36,524 nt of DNA, from positions 1 through 36,524 of the IMG/VR virus record IMGVR_UViG_3300037518_000655; one strand, written 5' to 3'. Positions 14,844-24,577 of the stretch are shown here, in pieces. Position 1 is the first letter of the stretch, and every line of letters starts with the position of its first letter. This stretch comes from a virus. Its lineage: Duplodnaviria; Caudoviricetes. A model generated the notes under the pieces. The model searched no databases. It was not told where the DNA came from and worked only from the letters and a program-made list of their open reading frames with translations. Made by a program: the position numbers and the translations under genes.

Positions 14844-16368
14844 GATAGGGCGCTTCCGGGCGTATCACACGTCTATGGCGGAGTTCTCGCGGGACGTGAT
14901 CGGCCTGGCCCTGTACCCCTACCAGGTCGAGATCGCCGATTACATCTGCCAGGTCGTGGCCGGGCGGCGAACCGAGGACATCACGGTCGAGATGGCCCGC
15001 CAGAGCGGCAAGAACGAGATCAGCGCCCAGGTCGAGGCGGCGACCCTGGCCCGTTACGGCCAGCGCGGGGGCGTGATCGTCAAAGCGGCGCCCACCTGGT
15101 CGCCCCAGATCGTGCGCTCCAAGCACCGGCTGGAAAGCCGGGCGCTGGCCATCGCCAGGAAGCTGCGCTTCCTGCGCTTCAGGGGACGCGAGGGCTATAT
15201 CGTGCAGTGCGGCAACGCGGCCATCAACTTCCTGTCGGGCAAGCCGACCGCCAACGTGGTGGGCGATACAGCCTCACTCCTGATGGAGATCGACGAGAGC
15301 CAGGATTTTGACGCGGGCAAGTTCGACAAGGATTTTTCGCCGATGCGGGCGAGCACCGGCGCGCCGGCCGTCTTTTACGGCACGACCTGGAGCGACGCGA
15401 CGCTCCTGGAGCGGGCCAAGACGGCCATCGCCGAGGGGCGGGTGGCCGGCCGTATCTTCAAGGTGCCCTGGGAGCGGGCGGCCGAGGACAACCCGCGCTA
15501 TGGCCAGTTCGTGGAGCGAGAGATCAACCGGCTGGGGGTCGAGCACCCCCTGATCCGCACCCAATATTTGCTGCTGCCCATCGAGGAGCAGGGCCGGCTA
15601 TTAAAGAATTGGCAACTGCGCCAGATGATCGGCGACCATCCGCGCGGCCGCAAGCGGACCAACGAGGCCGAGATCGTGGCCGGGCTGGACTTCGCCGGGG
15701 CCGACGAACAGGTCTCGGAGATGATCAGCCTGTCCGAGCGGACGGGCCGCGACAGCGTGGCGTTATCCATCGGCCAGGTCGATTGGGTCGTCATCGCGGC
15801 CGGCATCGTCGAGCCGGTGGTCAAGATCCTGGACCGCTACGAGTGGGTCAACGTTCACCCGACCAGCTTGCATACGACCCTGCACAAGATCCTGAACGAC
15901 GACTGGCGGGTAGACCGGCTGCATTGCGACGCGACCGGGATCGGCGAGGTACCGACCGCTTACCTGGCCAGGGCGCTGGGTGGCCAGCGGGTAGCGGCCA
16001 TCAAGTTCGATAGCGCCTGGACGACCCAGAGCCGGTTGTGTTTTCAGTACGCGGCCTCGGTCAACGGCTCGCGCCTGCTCGATTTTGCGCCGGCCGAGGG
16101 CGTTGATCCCCTGCTCGTCGCCGGCCAGGAGCTGCCGCCGGCGAGCGAGGTGGACCGCCATATCTGGTGGCAGCGCGGCCACGCCCGGCTGGAGACGCGG
16201 GCCGGCCAGAAGGTGCGCGCCTACGTGCCCGATAACGAGGGCCACGACGATTTGCTGGTGGCCGAACTGCTCATGCTGGATGCGGCCTACGCCGGCGGGG
16301 TGAGCGGCTGGGCGGCCTGGGCCAGGCGGCAGCTCGACCAGATGGAGGGGGCGGCCCATGCCGCGTGA
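14809..16368 (+). CDS. terL: Terminase large subunit
   Basis: LYPYQ adenine-binding motif, Walker A ARQSGKNE, Walker B LMEIDESQ, nuclease motifs AGLDFAG, CDATG, HDDLL. Confidence 0.92.
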   Translation: MQPVAAATKQNRIGRFRAYHTSMAEFSRDVIGLALYPYQVEIADYICQVVAGRRTEDITVEMARQSGKNEISAQVEAATLARYGQRGGVIVKAAPTWSPQIVRSKHRLESRALAIARKLRFLRFRGREGYIVQCGNAAINFLSGKPTANVVGDTASLLMEIDESQDFDAGKFDKDFSPMRASTGAPAVFYGTTWSDATLLERAKTAIAEGRVAGRIFKVPWERAAEDNPRYGQFVEREINRLGVEHPLIRTQYLLLPIEEQGRLLKNWQLRQMIGDHPRGRKRTNEAEIVAGLDFAGADEQVSEMISLSERTGRDSVALSIGQVDWVVIAAGIVEPVVKILDRYEWVNVHPTSLHTTLHKILNDDWRVDRLHCDATGIGEVPTAYLARALGGQRVAAIKFDSAWTTQSRLCFQYAASVNGSRLLDFAPAEGVDPLLVAGQELPPASEVDRHIWWQRGHARLETRAGQKVRAYVPDNEGHDDLLVAELLMLDAAYAGGVSGWAAWARRQLDQMEGAAHAA

Positions 16369-17824
16369 GGAGGGCGGGGTCGTGATCGACCTGACGGACC
16401 AGGCCCACGCCATGAGCGGTTATTCGGCCCCGGTGGAAGACCCCTGGCTCAAGCCGCCCGGCCTGTTTGGGCCCGGGCAGCCGGTGCTGCCGGTCTGGCC
16501 CGAGGAGCAGCCGCGCCTGTTCGAGTACCAGCCCGGCATCAACCTGGTCTCGATCCCCCGGGCCGGCTTTGGGCTGGCCCCCTTCCCGATGTTGCGCAAC
16601 CTGGCCTTCGCCTGTAAGGAGGTCCGGCTCAACATCGAACTCGTCAAGCGTGAGGTGCGCGCGCTGGAGTGGGAGATCATCCCGGCCCAGGAGGGCGACA
16701 AGAGCGACTACGCGGGCGACATCACCTTTATCACCCGCTTCCTGGACGCCCCGGACGGCGAGCATGACTTCGACCAGTGGCTCAACATCCTGCTGGAGGA
16801 GATGCTGGCCGTCGACGCCCTGACGATCTGGCCCGAGCTGGATCGGGCCGGCCAGGTCGTGGCCCTTGAGCCGGTCGCGGGCGACACGATCCGGCCGCTG
16901 CTGGATTTTCGGGGGCGGGTCGCGCCGCCGCCGCTGCCGGCTTACATCCAGGTCCTGCACGGTCTCAGCCGCAGTTATTTCGAGCGCGGCCGGCTGATTT
17001 ATCGCCCCTTCAACGCCTCAGCCAGCAGCCCCTACGGTACCAGCCCGATCGAATTCATCATCCTGACCGTGAATCTGGCCATGCGGCGCGATGTGTTCCA
17101 CGTCGGCGAATTTACCGAGGGCAACATCCCGGAGGCGCTGGTGGGCGCGCCGGCGAGCTGGAGCCAGAGCCAGATCGAGACGTGGCAGCAGTATTGGGAC
17201 GCGCTCGTGGCCGGCAATATGGCCCAGCAGCGGCGCATGCGCTGGGTGCCCCTGGAGAATGGGACACAGGTACCGGTCTACGAATTCCGCAAAGACGACA
17301 TCAACCAGACGCCGCGGGACGAGTGGTTGATGCGGGTGGCCTGCTGGGCCTTTGGCAACAACCCGGCCGAATTTGGGATCACGGGTGGCCAGGGCCTGGG
17401 CGGGGCCGGCTTTACGGCCTCGATGGAGAATATCCAGTACCGCTCGATGCTGGGGCCGATCACGCAGTACCTCAGCCGGCTCTTCAATGTCCTGATCCAG
17501 GATTGGCTGGGCAAGCCCTGGCTCAAGCACCGCTGGATTGGGCTGGGCCCGCAGGAGGATCAGCTGCAGCAGGCCCAGATCGACGAGATCTATACCCGGA
17601 TCGGGGTCTATGACAACCGCTATATCCAGGACCGGCTGGGCATCCCGGCCGATCTCAGGCCGCAGCCGGGCGCCAATCGGGGCGCATACGGCTTGCTGCC
17701 GGTTATCGATCCCGTCAACTTACCGCCGGCGTTCAAGGCCCTGGCCGCCTCCGGGGAGGGGGCGGCGGGCTTTTTTCGAGGCGCAAATGGCCAAGGCAAG
17801 CGAGGCTGGCCTGGGTATGGATGA
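16358..17824 (+). CDS. Portal protein
   Basis: Follows terL; 488 aa; motifs LEPVAGDTIRP, YGTSPIE, FTEGNIP, AFGNNPAEFG. Confidence 0.88.
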   Translation: MPREEGGVVIDLTDQAHAMSGYSAPVEDPWLKPPGLFGPGQPVLPVWPEEQPRLFEYQPGINLVSIPRAGFGLAPFPMLRNLAFACKEVRLNIELVKREVRALEWEIIPAQEGDKSDYAGDITFITRFLDAPDGEHDFDQWLNILLEEMLAVDALTIWPELDRAGQVVALEPVAGDTIRPLLDFRGRVAPPPLPAYIQVLHGLSRSYFERGRLIYRPFNASASSPYGTSPIEFIILTVNLAMRRDVFHVGEFTEGNIPEALVGAPASWSQSQIETWQQYWDALVAGNMAQQRRMRWVPLENGTQVPVYEFRKDDINQTPRDEWLMRVACWAFGNNPAEFGITGGQGLGGAGFTASMENIQYRSMLGPITQYLSRLFNVLIQDWLGKPWLKHRWIGLGPQEDQLQQAQIDEIYTRIGVYDNRYIQDRLGIPADLRPQPGANRGAYGLLPVIDPVNLPPAFKALAASGEGAAGFFRGANGQGKRGWPGYG

Positions 17825-17942
17825 TCCGCTGATCGAGGTCAAGGCCGGGCAGTCCACCAGTCTGCAAGAGGCGCTCCTGCAATATTTTGCCGGGCTGCAG
17901 CGGCGGGTGATCGCCGCCATGCGGGAGGCGCAGCGTGCCTGA
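17817..17942 (+). CDS. 41-aa hypothetical protein
   Basis: MDDPLIEVKAGQ... fills the gap and overlaps both neighbours. Confidence 0.45.
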   Translation: MDDPLIEVKAGQSTSLQEALLQYFAGLQRRVIAAMREAQRA

Positions 17943-18582
17943 GCTGCCGGCCGGTTTCTGGGACGAGGAGCGACAGAAGCTCCTGGAGCTGCTCATGCCG
18001 GGGCTGAACGAGCTGGCCGTGGCCGGCGCGCAGGCCGGGGCGGCCAAGCTGGCCCAGGTGGGGCTGGTCTTCGACGATGCGCTGGCCAACGCTCGCGCCG
18101 CCGAGTGGGCCAGAGAGTACGCCGGGGCGCTGGCGGATCTGGTCGGGGCGACCAGCCGGGAGCTGGTGGGCCAGACGCTGGCCACCTGGATCGAGACGCC
18201 GGGCGCGACCATCGGCGGCCTGGCCGAGCAGCTGGCGCCGCTCGTGGCCGGCAACGCCGAGCGGGCGCTCATGATCGCCGTGACCGAGACGACGGCGGCT
18301 TACGCCAACGGCGAGGCGCTGGCTTTTCAGGAGGCCGGGATCGGGCAGGCGGCTTTTTTACCGCCCGGCCACCCGCGCTGCCGCTGCTGGACGACGGCCC
18401 GGCGAGTCAGGGTAGGTGAGGAGGCGACCTGGGTCATTCTGTGGCAGACCAACCGGGACGAGATCGTGTGCCAGACGCCGATCACGACGCCCTGGGGTAC
18501 GGTCGAGGGTTGCCGGGCGCTGCACAATGTGGTTATCTCAGAGGGGCCCTATCTGGGCCGGAAGGCAGGCGAGCTTGGCTAA
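17935..18582 (+). CDS. Mu gpF / SPP1 gp7-like minor head protein
   Basis: RALMIAVTETTAAY and PPGHPRCRC motifs; position after portal. Confidence 0.8.
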   Translation: MPELPAGFWDEERQKLLELLMPGLNELAVAGAQAGAAKLAQVGLVFDDALANARAAEWAREYAGALADLVGATSRELVGQTLATWIETPGATIGGLAEQLAPLVAGNAERALMIAVTETTAAYANGEALAFQEAGIGQAAFLPPGHPRCRCWTTARRVRVGEEATWVILWQTNRDEIVCQTPITTPWGTVEGCRALHNVVISEGPYLGRKAGELG

Positions 18583-19090
18583 GACATTCGAGATCGAAGG
18601 GTTTGACGAGCTGCTGGAGGCGCTGGAGCAGGCGCCGGAGATCGCGCGGCCGATCATGGCCAAGAAGATGACGGCCAGCCTGCAGGCCCTGCGCGGCATC
18701 CTGCAGCCTTACCCGCCGCAGCCGGATCGCAACCGGGCCAGGAGCTTCAATACCTATGCGCGTGGTTTTGGCCAGCGCCCCCGCTCTTACTTTGGCGGCG
18801 GCAGCCGGCAGGTGCGCAGCCTGAAAGCGCTGGGCCGGGCCACCTCGGAGCGGCTGGGCACGAAGTGGACGCAGGAGGTCGAGATCGAGCCAGGCGCGAT
18901 TACGGGCGTCATCGGCAACACGGCCAGCTACGCCAATGTAGTGCAGGGCGACAGCGAGGATCAAAATTATTGGCACGGCGTAACCGGCTGGATCACAATG
19001 GAGACCGCCCTGGAAGAGGCCAATCCCGAGATCTTCGCCAACTTTAGCGAGGGCGTGGACGAGATCCTGGTCGCCCTGGGGAGGCGCTAA
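18575..19090 (+). CDS. HK97 gp10-like morphogenesis protein
   Basis: TTG start; FEIEGFDELLEAL...GVIGNTASYANVVQG pattern. Confidence 0.6.
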   Translation: MAKTFEIEGFDELLEALEQAPEIARPIMAKKMTASLQALRGILQPYPPQPDRNRARSFNTYARGFGQRPRSYFGGGSRQVRSLKALGRATSERLGTKWTQEVEIEPGAITGVIGNTASYANVVQGDSEDQNYWHGVTGWITMETALEEANPEIFANFSEGVDEILVALGRR

Positions 19091-20226
19091 TGCCGGACGA
19101 TCTAGCCCAAACCCCACTGGCGCGCTTTATCCCGATCTCCAAGATCGACGAGGCGCAGCGTATGGTCTGGGGTGTGGCCAGCGACGAGAGCATCGACGCC
19201 GAAGGGGAGGTGCTCGACTACGAGGCCACCAAGGCGGCCGTCACGCGCTGGGCCGAATGGGGCAATATCCGGGAGATGCACAACCCCAGCGCCGTGGGCG
19301 TGGCGACCGAGATCGTCCTCGATGACGCTACGCGCTCGCTCTTTATCGGCGTCCACGTCGTCGATGACGCAGCCTGGCAAAAGGTTCGGGCGGGTGTCTA
19401 CAAGGGCTTCAGCGTTGGCGGCAAAGCCCTCAAGAAGATTTTGCAATCCATGAACGGGCGCGTCATCCGGCGCGTCGTCGAATACATACTCAATGAAATC
19501 AGCCTGGTGGACCGGCCGGCCAATCCGAGCGCCCGGTTTACCCTGGTTAAGGCAGTCATTACGAAAGGAGCGATTGATATGGCTAAATTGGGCAAGATGG
19601 ACGACGAGGAGATGTCGCCCGAAACAGAAGAGGAGAAGGTCAACGGCGAGGGCGAAGAGACGGGCGAGGAGATGCCGCCCGACAGCCCGACCGGTAAGGC
19701 CGACGAGGAGACCGGGGCCGAGGAGACCCCTCCGCCAGCCATGACCCCGGAGAGCGTGCGCGAGCTGATCCTGGCGGTCCTCAAGGACGTGGGGCTGGTG
19801 CGCGAGACGGACGAGGAGGCCGGGGCGTACCAGATCAGCCAGGCGGTCGAAGTGGCCGACCTGCGCAAGTCCATCGAGGGGCTGGCCGCGGCGGGCGAGC
19901 TCCAAAAGACGGCGGGCAAGCTGGCCAAGCTGGACGGCAGCCTGAAGGCGTTGACCGGCGACCTGGCCAAGATCGCGGCCTTTATCGACGACCTGGGCGA
20001 CCGGCTGGAGCGGGTCGAGAAGTTACCCCAGGGCAGCGGGCCGGTTCTGCGCGAGATCGGGCTATTTGGCCGGACGGCGGGCGACGCCAGCGAGGCGGTG
20101 CTCAAGGGGCTGCTGGCCGAGGCCAGCGATCCACAGGTGCGGCAGGTCATCAGCGAGCAACTGGTCAAGCTGCAAATTCGCTCGATCCACAGCAGCAGCC
20201 AACAGGGTAGTAACGCCGCCGGTTAG
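19090..20226 (+). CDS. Prohead protease (XkdF-like) fused to an acidic/coiled-coil scaffold region
   Basis: QRMVWGVAS..ID.EGE, NIREMH, WQKVRAGVYKGFSVGG, EISLVDRPANP. Internal SD AAAGGAG plus ATG at 19579 may give a separate scaffold protein. Confidence 0.88.
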   Translation: MPDDLAQTPLARFIPISKIDEAQRMVWGVASDESIDAEGEVLDYEATKAAVTRWAEWGNIREMHNPSAVGVATEIVLDDATRSLFIGVHVVDDAAWQKVRAGVYKGFSVGGKALKKILQSMNGRVIRRVVEYILNEISLVDRPANPSARFTLVKAVITKGAIDMAKLGKMDDEEMSPETEEEKVNGEGEETGEEMPPDSPTGKADEETGAEETPPPAMTPESVRELILAVLKDVGLVRETDEEAGAYQISQAVEVADLRKSIEGLAAAGELQKTAGKLAKLDGSLKALTGDLAKIAAFIDDLGDRLERVEKLPQGSGPVLREIGLFGRTAGDASEAVLKGLLAEASDPQVRQVISEQLVKLQIRSIHSSSQQGSNAAG

Positions 20227-20273
20227 GCGGCTGGCTCTATTCACTTTATTAGCGCACCGGAAGGAGAGTATCT

Positions 20274-21782
20274 ATGGGCGCACTCATTTCCAACCTGAGC
20301 GAGCTGACCGCCGAGGCGATTAGTGCCTTTCGCAAGGCGACCGCGCAGTCGGCCAGTCAGGATATGCAGAAGTTCGACGGGATCAACAAGGCGATCAGCC
20401 AGGCGACCGGCCTGGTCTGGTTCGATCTACAGGCCCCGGCAAAAAATTTATTCCCGGTCATCACGCCGCTGCGCAACAAGATCGCGCGGGTCGACGGCGA
20501 CGGCGGCACGGCTACCAACTGGAAGGCGGTTACGGCTATCAATACCGGCAGCCTGCGCAGCTTCGTCCCTGAAGGCAAGCGCAATGGGGCGGTGGTCACT
20601 TCCGCCGTGCCCAAGGCGGCCTCATACAAGTCGAGCGGCCTGGAAGACACCGTCACCTTCGAGGCGGAACTGGCGGCCAAAAACCTGGAAGATATCCGGG
20701 CCACGACCGCGCAGAGGTTACTGTGGGCGGTCATGATCGAGGAGGAGCTCAATATCGTGGGGGCCAACAACTCGATTGCGCTGGGTACGCCGACCGCGCC
20801 GACTGTGGCCGCCGAGGCGACAGGGGGAGCAATCGAGGCCGGCACCTACAACGTCATCGTGGTGGCCCTGACGCTACATGGCTACCTGGCCGCGTCACTC
20901 AGCGGTGGGGTGGTGGGTCAGGTCAGCGTCACGCCGGTCGACGGCGGGGCAGCCTTTACCTATGGCGGCGGCTCGTCCCAGAAGTCGGCGGCGACCTCGA
21001 CCGGGGCAATTACCGGCTCGACCAACGTCATCACCGCCTCGACGCCGGTCGTAACCGGGGCGGTGGCCTACGCCTGGTACGCCGGGACGGCCGGCAGCGA
21101 ACTGCTCCAGGCTATCACCACCATCAACAGCGTCCGACTAACGGCGCTCGTGACCAGTGACCGGCAGAACGCCAGCGCCATCACGGCCGACAACAGCCAG
21201 AACAGCCTGGCTTACGACGGCATCCTGTACCAGGCCTGGGCAGCCGGCTCCAACGCCTACATCGCTACCCTGGCCACCGGCACGGAGGGCACGGGCACCC
21301 CGCTGACCAGCGACGGCAACGGCGGCATCAGCGAGATCAACACGATGTTCCGCTCCATGTGGGACAACTACCGGCTCTCGCCCGACGTGATCTACGTCAA
21401 CGCCCAGGAGAGCGACAATATCTCTAACAAGGTTTTGTCGACCAGCGCGGCCCGCGTCAACTACGTGACCGGGGGCGACGTGGCCGGTGGGATCAGGATC
21501 AAGAGCCTGCTCAACCGCTTTGCCATGGGGGGTAGCGTCGAGGTACCCCTGGAGTTGCACCCCTACCTGCCGCCCGGCACGCTCAAGGCCTGCACGACCC
21601 GGCTGCCCTACCCCATGACGAATGTCCCTAATGTGATGGAGTTGCGCATGCGGCGAGATTACTACCAGATGGAATGGCCGCTCCGGACGCGCCAATACGA
21701 GACCGGGGTCTACTGCGATGGGGTGCTGGCCCATTACTTCCCGCCCTCGATCGGTATCATCACCAATATCGGGAATGGGTAG
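20274..21782 (+). CDS. Major capsid protein with a Thr/Ala/Gly-rich inserted domain
   Basis: Position after the protease; DLQAPAK.LFPV.TPLRN.I.R, EEE..I.G, YDGIL, LHPYLPPG motifs. Confidence 0.85.
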   Translation: MGALISNLSELTAEAISAFRKATAQSASQDMQKFDGINKAISQATGLVWFDLQAPAKNLFPVITPLRNKIARVDGDGGTATNWKAVTAINTGSLRSFVPEGKRNGAVVTSAVPKAASYKSSGLEDTVTFEAELAAKNLEDIRATTAQRLLWAVMIEEELNIVGANNSIALGTPTAPTVAAEATGGAIEAGTYNVIVVALTLHGYLAASLSGGVVGQVSVTPVDGGAAFTYGGGSSQKSAATSTGAITGSTNVITASTPVVTGAVAYAWYAGTAGSELLQAITTINSVRLTALVTSDRQNASAITADNSQNSLAYDGILYQAWAAGSNAYIATLATGTEGTGTPLTSDGNGGISEINTMFRSMWDNYRLSPDVIYVNAQESDNISNKVLSTSAARVNYVTGGDVAGGIRIKSLLNRFAMGGSVEVPLELHPYLPPGTLKACTTRLPYPMTNVPNVMELRMRRDYYQMEWPLRTRQYETGVYCDGVLAHYFPPSIGIITNIGNG

Positions 21783-21793
21783 GAGAGGCCCTG

Positions 21794-22006
21794 ATGGCAG
21801 CTAAAAAAGAAGCCAGGATTCCGACCCGGCGCTACCGGCTGGCCGAGCATTACCAGATCACACAGCTCGCGCACGGCCAGGACGCCTACTCGGTCAAGGA
21901 CGGCGTCATCGATCTGCCGGCCCTGACCGGCCAGCACTGGTATAAGCACCTGGTCGATGGCGGCCTGCTGATCCTCAAAGAGGACGAGCCGCCGACCGAT
22001 AGTTAA
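21794..22006 (+). CDS. Small hypothetical head-region protein
   Basis: SD GGAGAGG before ATG 21794. Confidence 0.65.
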   Translation: MAAKKEARIPTRRYRLAEHYQITQLAHGQDAYSVKDGVIDLPALTGQHWYKHLVDGGLLILKEDEPPTDS

Positions 22007-22035
22007 AATCTCATCACCTTGCAACGGAGGACACC

Positions 22036-22464
22036 ATGCAAAAGCAACTTATGACCCTGATCGCAATCATCATCATATTGGCCGCCATGAGTCTGCGCTT
22101 CCTGACCGGAGCCGAGGCGGCCGCGCCGGAAGCGCAGGGGACGCCGGTCCCGGTCACGATCTGGAACAACAACCGGATCACGGCCGACACCCGGAGCAAT
22201 GCCCAGGAGCTACGCAATTACAGCCGGTCTGATATCCAGATTACCCTGGTCCAGGGTGGGACGGTCAATACGACCACGGTCCGGCTGGATCGCTCTAACA
22301 GCGGCTTTGCCTGGGCGACCGGGGCGACCTTGCTTGACGCCAGCGCCATCTCGACCACGGTCGTGGTCAGCAGCAACCTGATCGGGCGCTATGGCTCGAT
22401 CTACGCCGACGTGAGCAACAGCCAGCCGGTGACGCTAACCGTCATATCACTAAACCGGCCTTAA
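22036..22464 (+). CDS. Predicted exported beta-rich protein
   Basis: SD GGAGG; MQKQLMTLIAIIIILAAMSLRFLTGAEA is signal-peptide-like with an A-x-A site. Confidence 0.75.
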   Translation: MQKQLMTLIAIIIILAAMSLRFLTGAEAAAPEAQGTPVPVTIWNNNRITADTRSNAQELRNYSRSDIQITLVQGGTVNTTTVRLDRSNSGFAWATGATLLDASAISTTVVVSSNLIGRYGSIYADVSNSQPVTLTVISLNRP

Positions 22465-22494
22465 GCGTCCGCACGGCGGACAGAAAGGCGACTT

Positions 22495-23091
22495 ATGGAC
22501 TATACCACCCCGGCCCTGGTCAAGGCGGCTTTGCGGATCACGGAGCCAACCGACGATACCCTGCTGGCGCGGCTGGTTACGGCGGCCAGCCGGGCCATCG
22601 ACCGCAAGGTGACCGGCGCGCCCGACAGTGACGCGGCCGATTACTTCGAGTTGGGCGCGGTCGCTGATGAGCTCCTCCTGGGTATCGTCGATCAGGAGGG
22701 CAGCCTGGTCTGTTACCCGCACAAGGCGGCTATAGCGGCCGTGAGTGCGCTGGCCCATCGCCGCCGGCCCGACGAGGATTGGCAGACGGTCCCGCCGGCC
22801 CGGATCGAGGTCGAACGCAATAGGGTCGTGGCCTGGCTCGACCTGGGCGACCGGGCGTTCCGCCGCGTCCGGATCAGCTACACCGGGGGGCTGGCCGCGA
22901 CACAGCCAGAACTACCGGCGGACCTGGTCGAGGCGGCGACGCTGCTGGCGGCCCGCTTCTACCGCGAGGACGAAAGCGGGTTGTCGGATTCGGTTGGCGT
23001 GGCCGAGTTGGGCCAGATGATGTATACCAAAGCCTGGCCGGTGCGCCTGGTCGAGATGCTCAGGCCCTTTAACCGGGTGCCACCATGGTGA
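22495..23091 (+). CDS. Head-tail connector (gp6/gp15-like)
   Basis: YTTPALVKAALRI...DDTLLARLVTAASRAID...SYTGG...LPADLVEAA. Confidence 0.85.
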   Translation: MDYTTPALVKAALRITEPTDDTLLARLVTAASRAIDRKVTGAPDSDAADYFELGAVADELLLGIVDQEGSLVCYPHKAAIAAVSALAHRRRPDEDWQTVPPARIEVERNRVVAWLDLGDRAFRRVRISYTGGLAATQPELPADLVEAATLLAARFYREDESGLSDSVGVAELGQMMYTKAWPVRLVEMLRPFNRVPPW

Positions 23092-23095
23092 GCTT

Positions 23096-23551
23096 ATGAG
23101 CGTCGCGACCGTCAAAGCCCGCCTGGCCAGCATCCAGGAGGCTATCCCCGGCGTACTGGTGGCCTACGCCCAGGGGCCGCTGTCGCTGGTAGGGGCCAAT
23201 ATGCCCTGCTTTGTCAACCTGACCCGGCCGGCGACGGTAGACTGGGAGCAGGGCAGTGACCTGGGGATCGAGACGCGGCTATACGCCATGCAGCTCTATG
23301 TCATGCCCTTTGGTCAAGGCGTACCGGGCGAGGCCGAACGCAAGTGCGAGACCTTTTTTCCGCTGGTGCGCATTACCTTTGCGGCCCGGCCGGGCCTGGA
23401 GGATCTGCCAGGTATCCAGGAGGCAATCTTCCTGGGCGACAGCGGGGTTATCATTATGAGCTACCCGCTCCAGGGGGAGCGGTACTTCGGGGTCGAATAT
23501 CGACTCCAGGTTAGAGAAGTTGTGGAGCGAAGCTATGCAGACTACGACTGA
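23096..23551 (+). CDS. Probable tail-completion/terminator protein
   Basis: 151 aa between connector and tail tube; assignment by position. Confidence 0.55.
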   Translation: MSVATVKARLASIQEAIPGVLVAYAQGPLSLVGANMPCFVNLTRPATVDWEQGSDLGIETRLYAMQLYVMPFGQGVPGEAERKCETFFPLVRITFAARPGLEDLPGIQEAIFLGDSGVIIMSYPLQGERYFGVEYRLQVREVVERSYADYD

Positions 23552-23729
23552 AACGCCGGCGGCCCAGGGGTTCGGGTTTTGCCCACTCTGTAAGCAGCCG
23601 ATTACGCACGTCCAACCCAGCCCGCTCAATCCGTTGCGCTTGCAGGGCTTTTGTGCCTGCAACCCGCTTGGGCCGGTCAAGGAATTTACTGCGCCTGCCA
23701 AGGCGATCAAAAAGAAAGGAGTTAGTTAA
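23535..23729 (+). CDS. Small CxxC/CxC protein
   Basis: GGAG SD; FCPLC...FCAC; stop overlaps the tail-tube ATG. Confidence 0.6.
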   Translation: MQTTTETPAAQGFGFCPLCKQPITHVQPSPLNPLRLQGFCACNPLGPVKEFTAPAKAIKKKGVS

Positions 23730-24577
23730 TGACAACACCTACCCCAGTCTGGACGCCCGTCGGCGCGCGGGAGGCCCGGCTATTCGCGCTCGATTCCGGA
23801 GCGCAGATCATCGAGCCAGGCGCCGCCAGCGCAACCGCACACGAGGGCTACTGGCTATCGGGTCTAAAACAGTTGACCCTGAACGACCCTGAACCGCAGC
23901 AAATCTTCCACCAGGGGGATGACTACATCTTTGCAGTAGACGCCCTGCCCGCGACCGAGGCCATTACCGGCAGCGTCATGACGGGCAAAGTCGACGCCGA
24001 CATCGAGGAGATCGTGACCGGCAACATCGTGGTTACGGCCGTCGAGCGGCCGCGGATCGGCTTTGGGACCGACCGGCGCGGCTCGGAGATCCAGGTCGGC
24101 ATGTATTTCTACCGCCAGGCCCAGGATACCCAGCCCGGCAGCAGCTCCTTTGGAGCGCGGCGCTGGGAGCTGGTCATCTTCCCCTCGGTGTTACTCATCC
24201 CACTCGAACCGGGGATGGGCGGCACGACCTTTGACAAGACTTACACGCTGCGACCGCAATTCACCGGCAAGCATTTGTGGGGGATCCCTTATGCCGTGGG
24301 GACAGACGGCTTCTTGCGCGCCCAGGGCATCAAGATGATCGCCCAGTACAAGCCCAAGTTCGTGGCCTGGAAGGGCAATAACGTCCTGACCGCGTTCAAC
24401 CTGCCGGTCGCCTATCCGGCCACGGCCACGACCAAGATGCAGGTCTGGGTCTATGACGCCTCGGGCGGGAGCGTGACCGACATCACCGGCACGGCGGCGC
24501 TGACCGTGGCCGACATCACGCCGGCGGCGACGCCGGACGTGGGCGACATCCTGATGTGCCTGTACGAGCACGCCTGA
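23729..24577 (+). CDS. Major tail (tube) protein
   Basis: 282 aa, beta-rich, SD AAAGGAG, upstream of the chaperone and tape-measure genes; no sheath gene seen. Confidence 0.7.
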   Translation: MTTPTPVWTPVGAREARLFALDSGAQIIEPGAASATAHEGYWLSGLKQLTLNDPEPQQIFHQGDDYIFAVDALPATEAITGSVMTGKVDADIEEIVTGNIVVTAVERPRIGFGTDRRGSEIQVGMYFYRQAQDTQPGSSSFGARRWELVIFPSVLLIPLEPGMGGTTFDKTYTLRPQFTGKHLWGIPYAVGTDGFLRAQGIKMIAQYKPKFVAWKGNNVLTAFNLPVAYPATATTKMQVWVYDASGGSVTDITGTAALTVADITPAATPDVGDILMCLYEHA

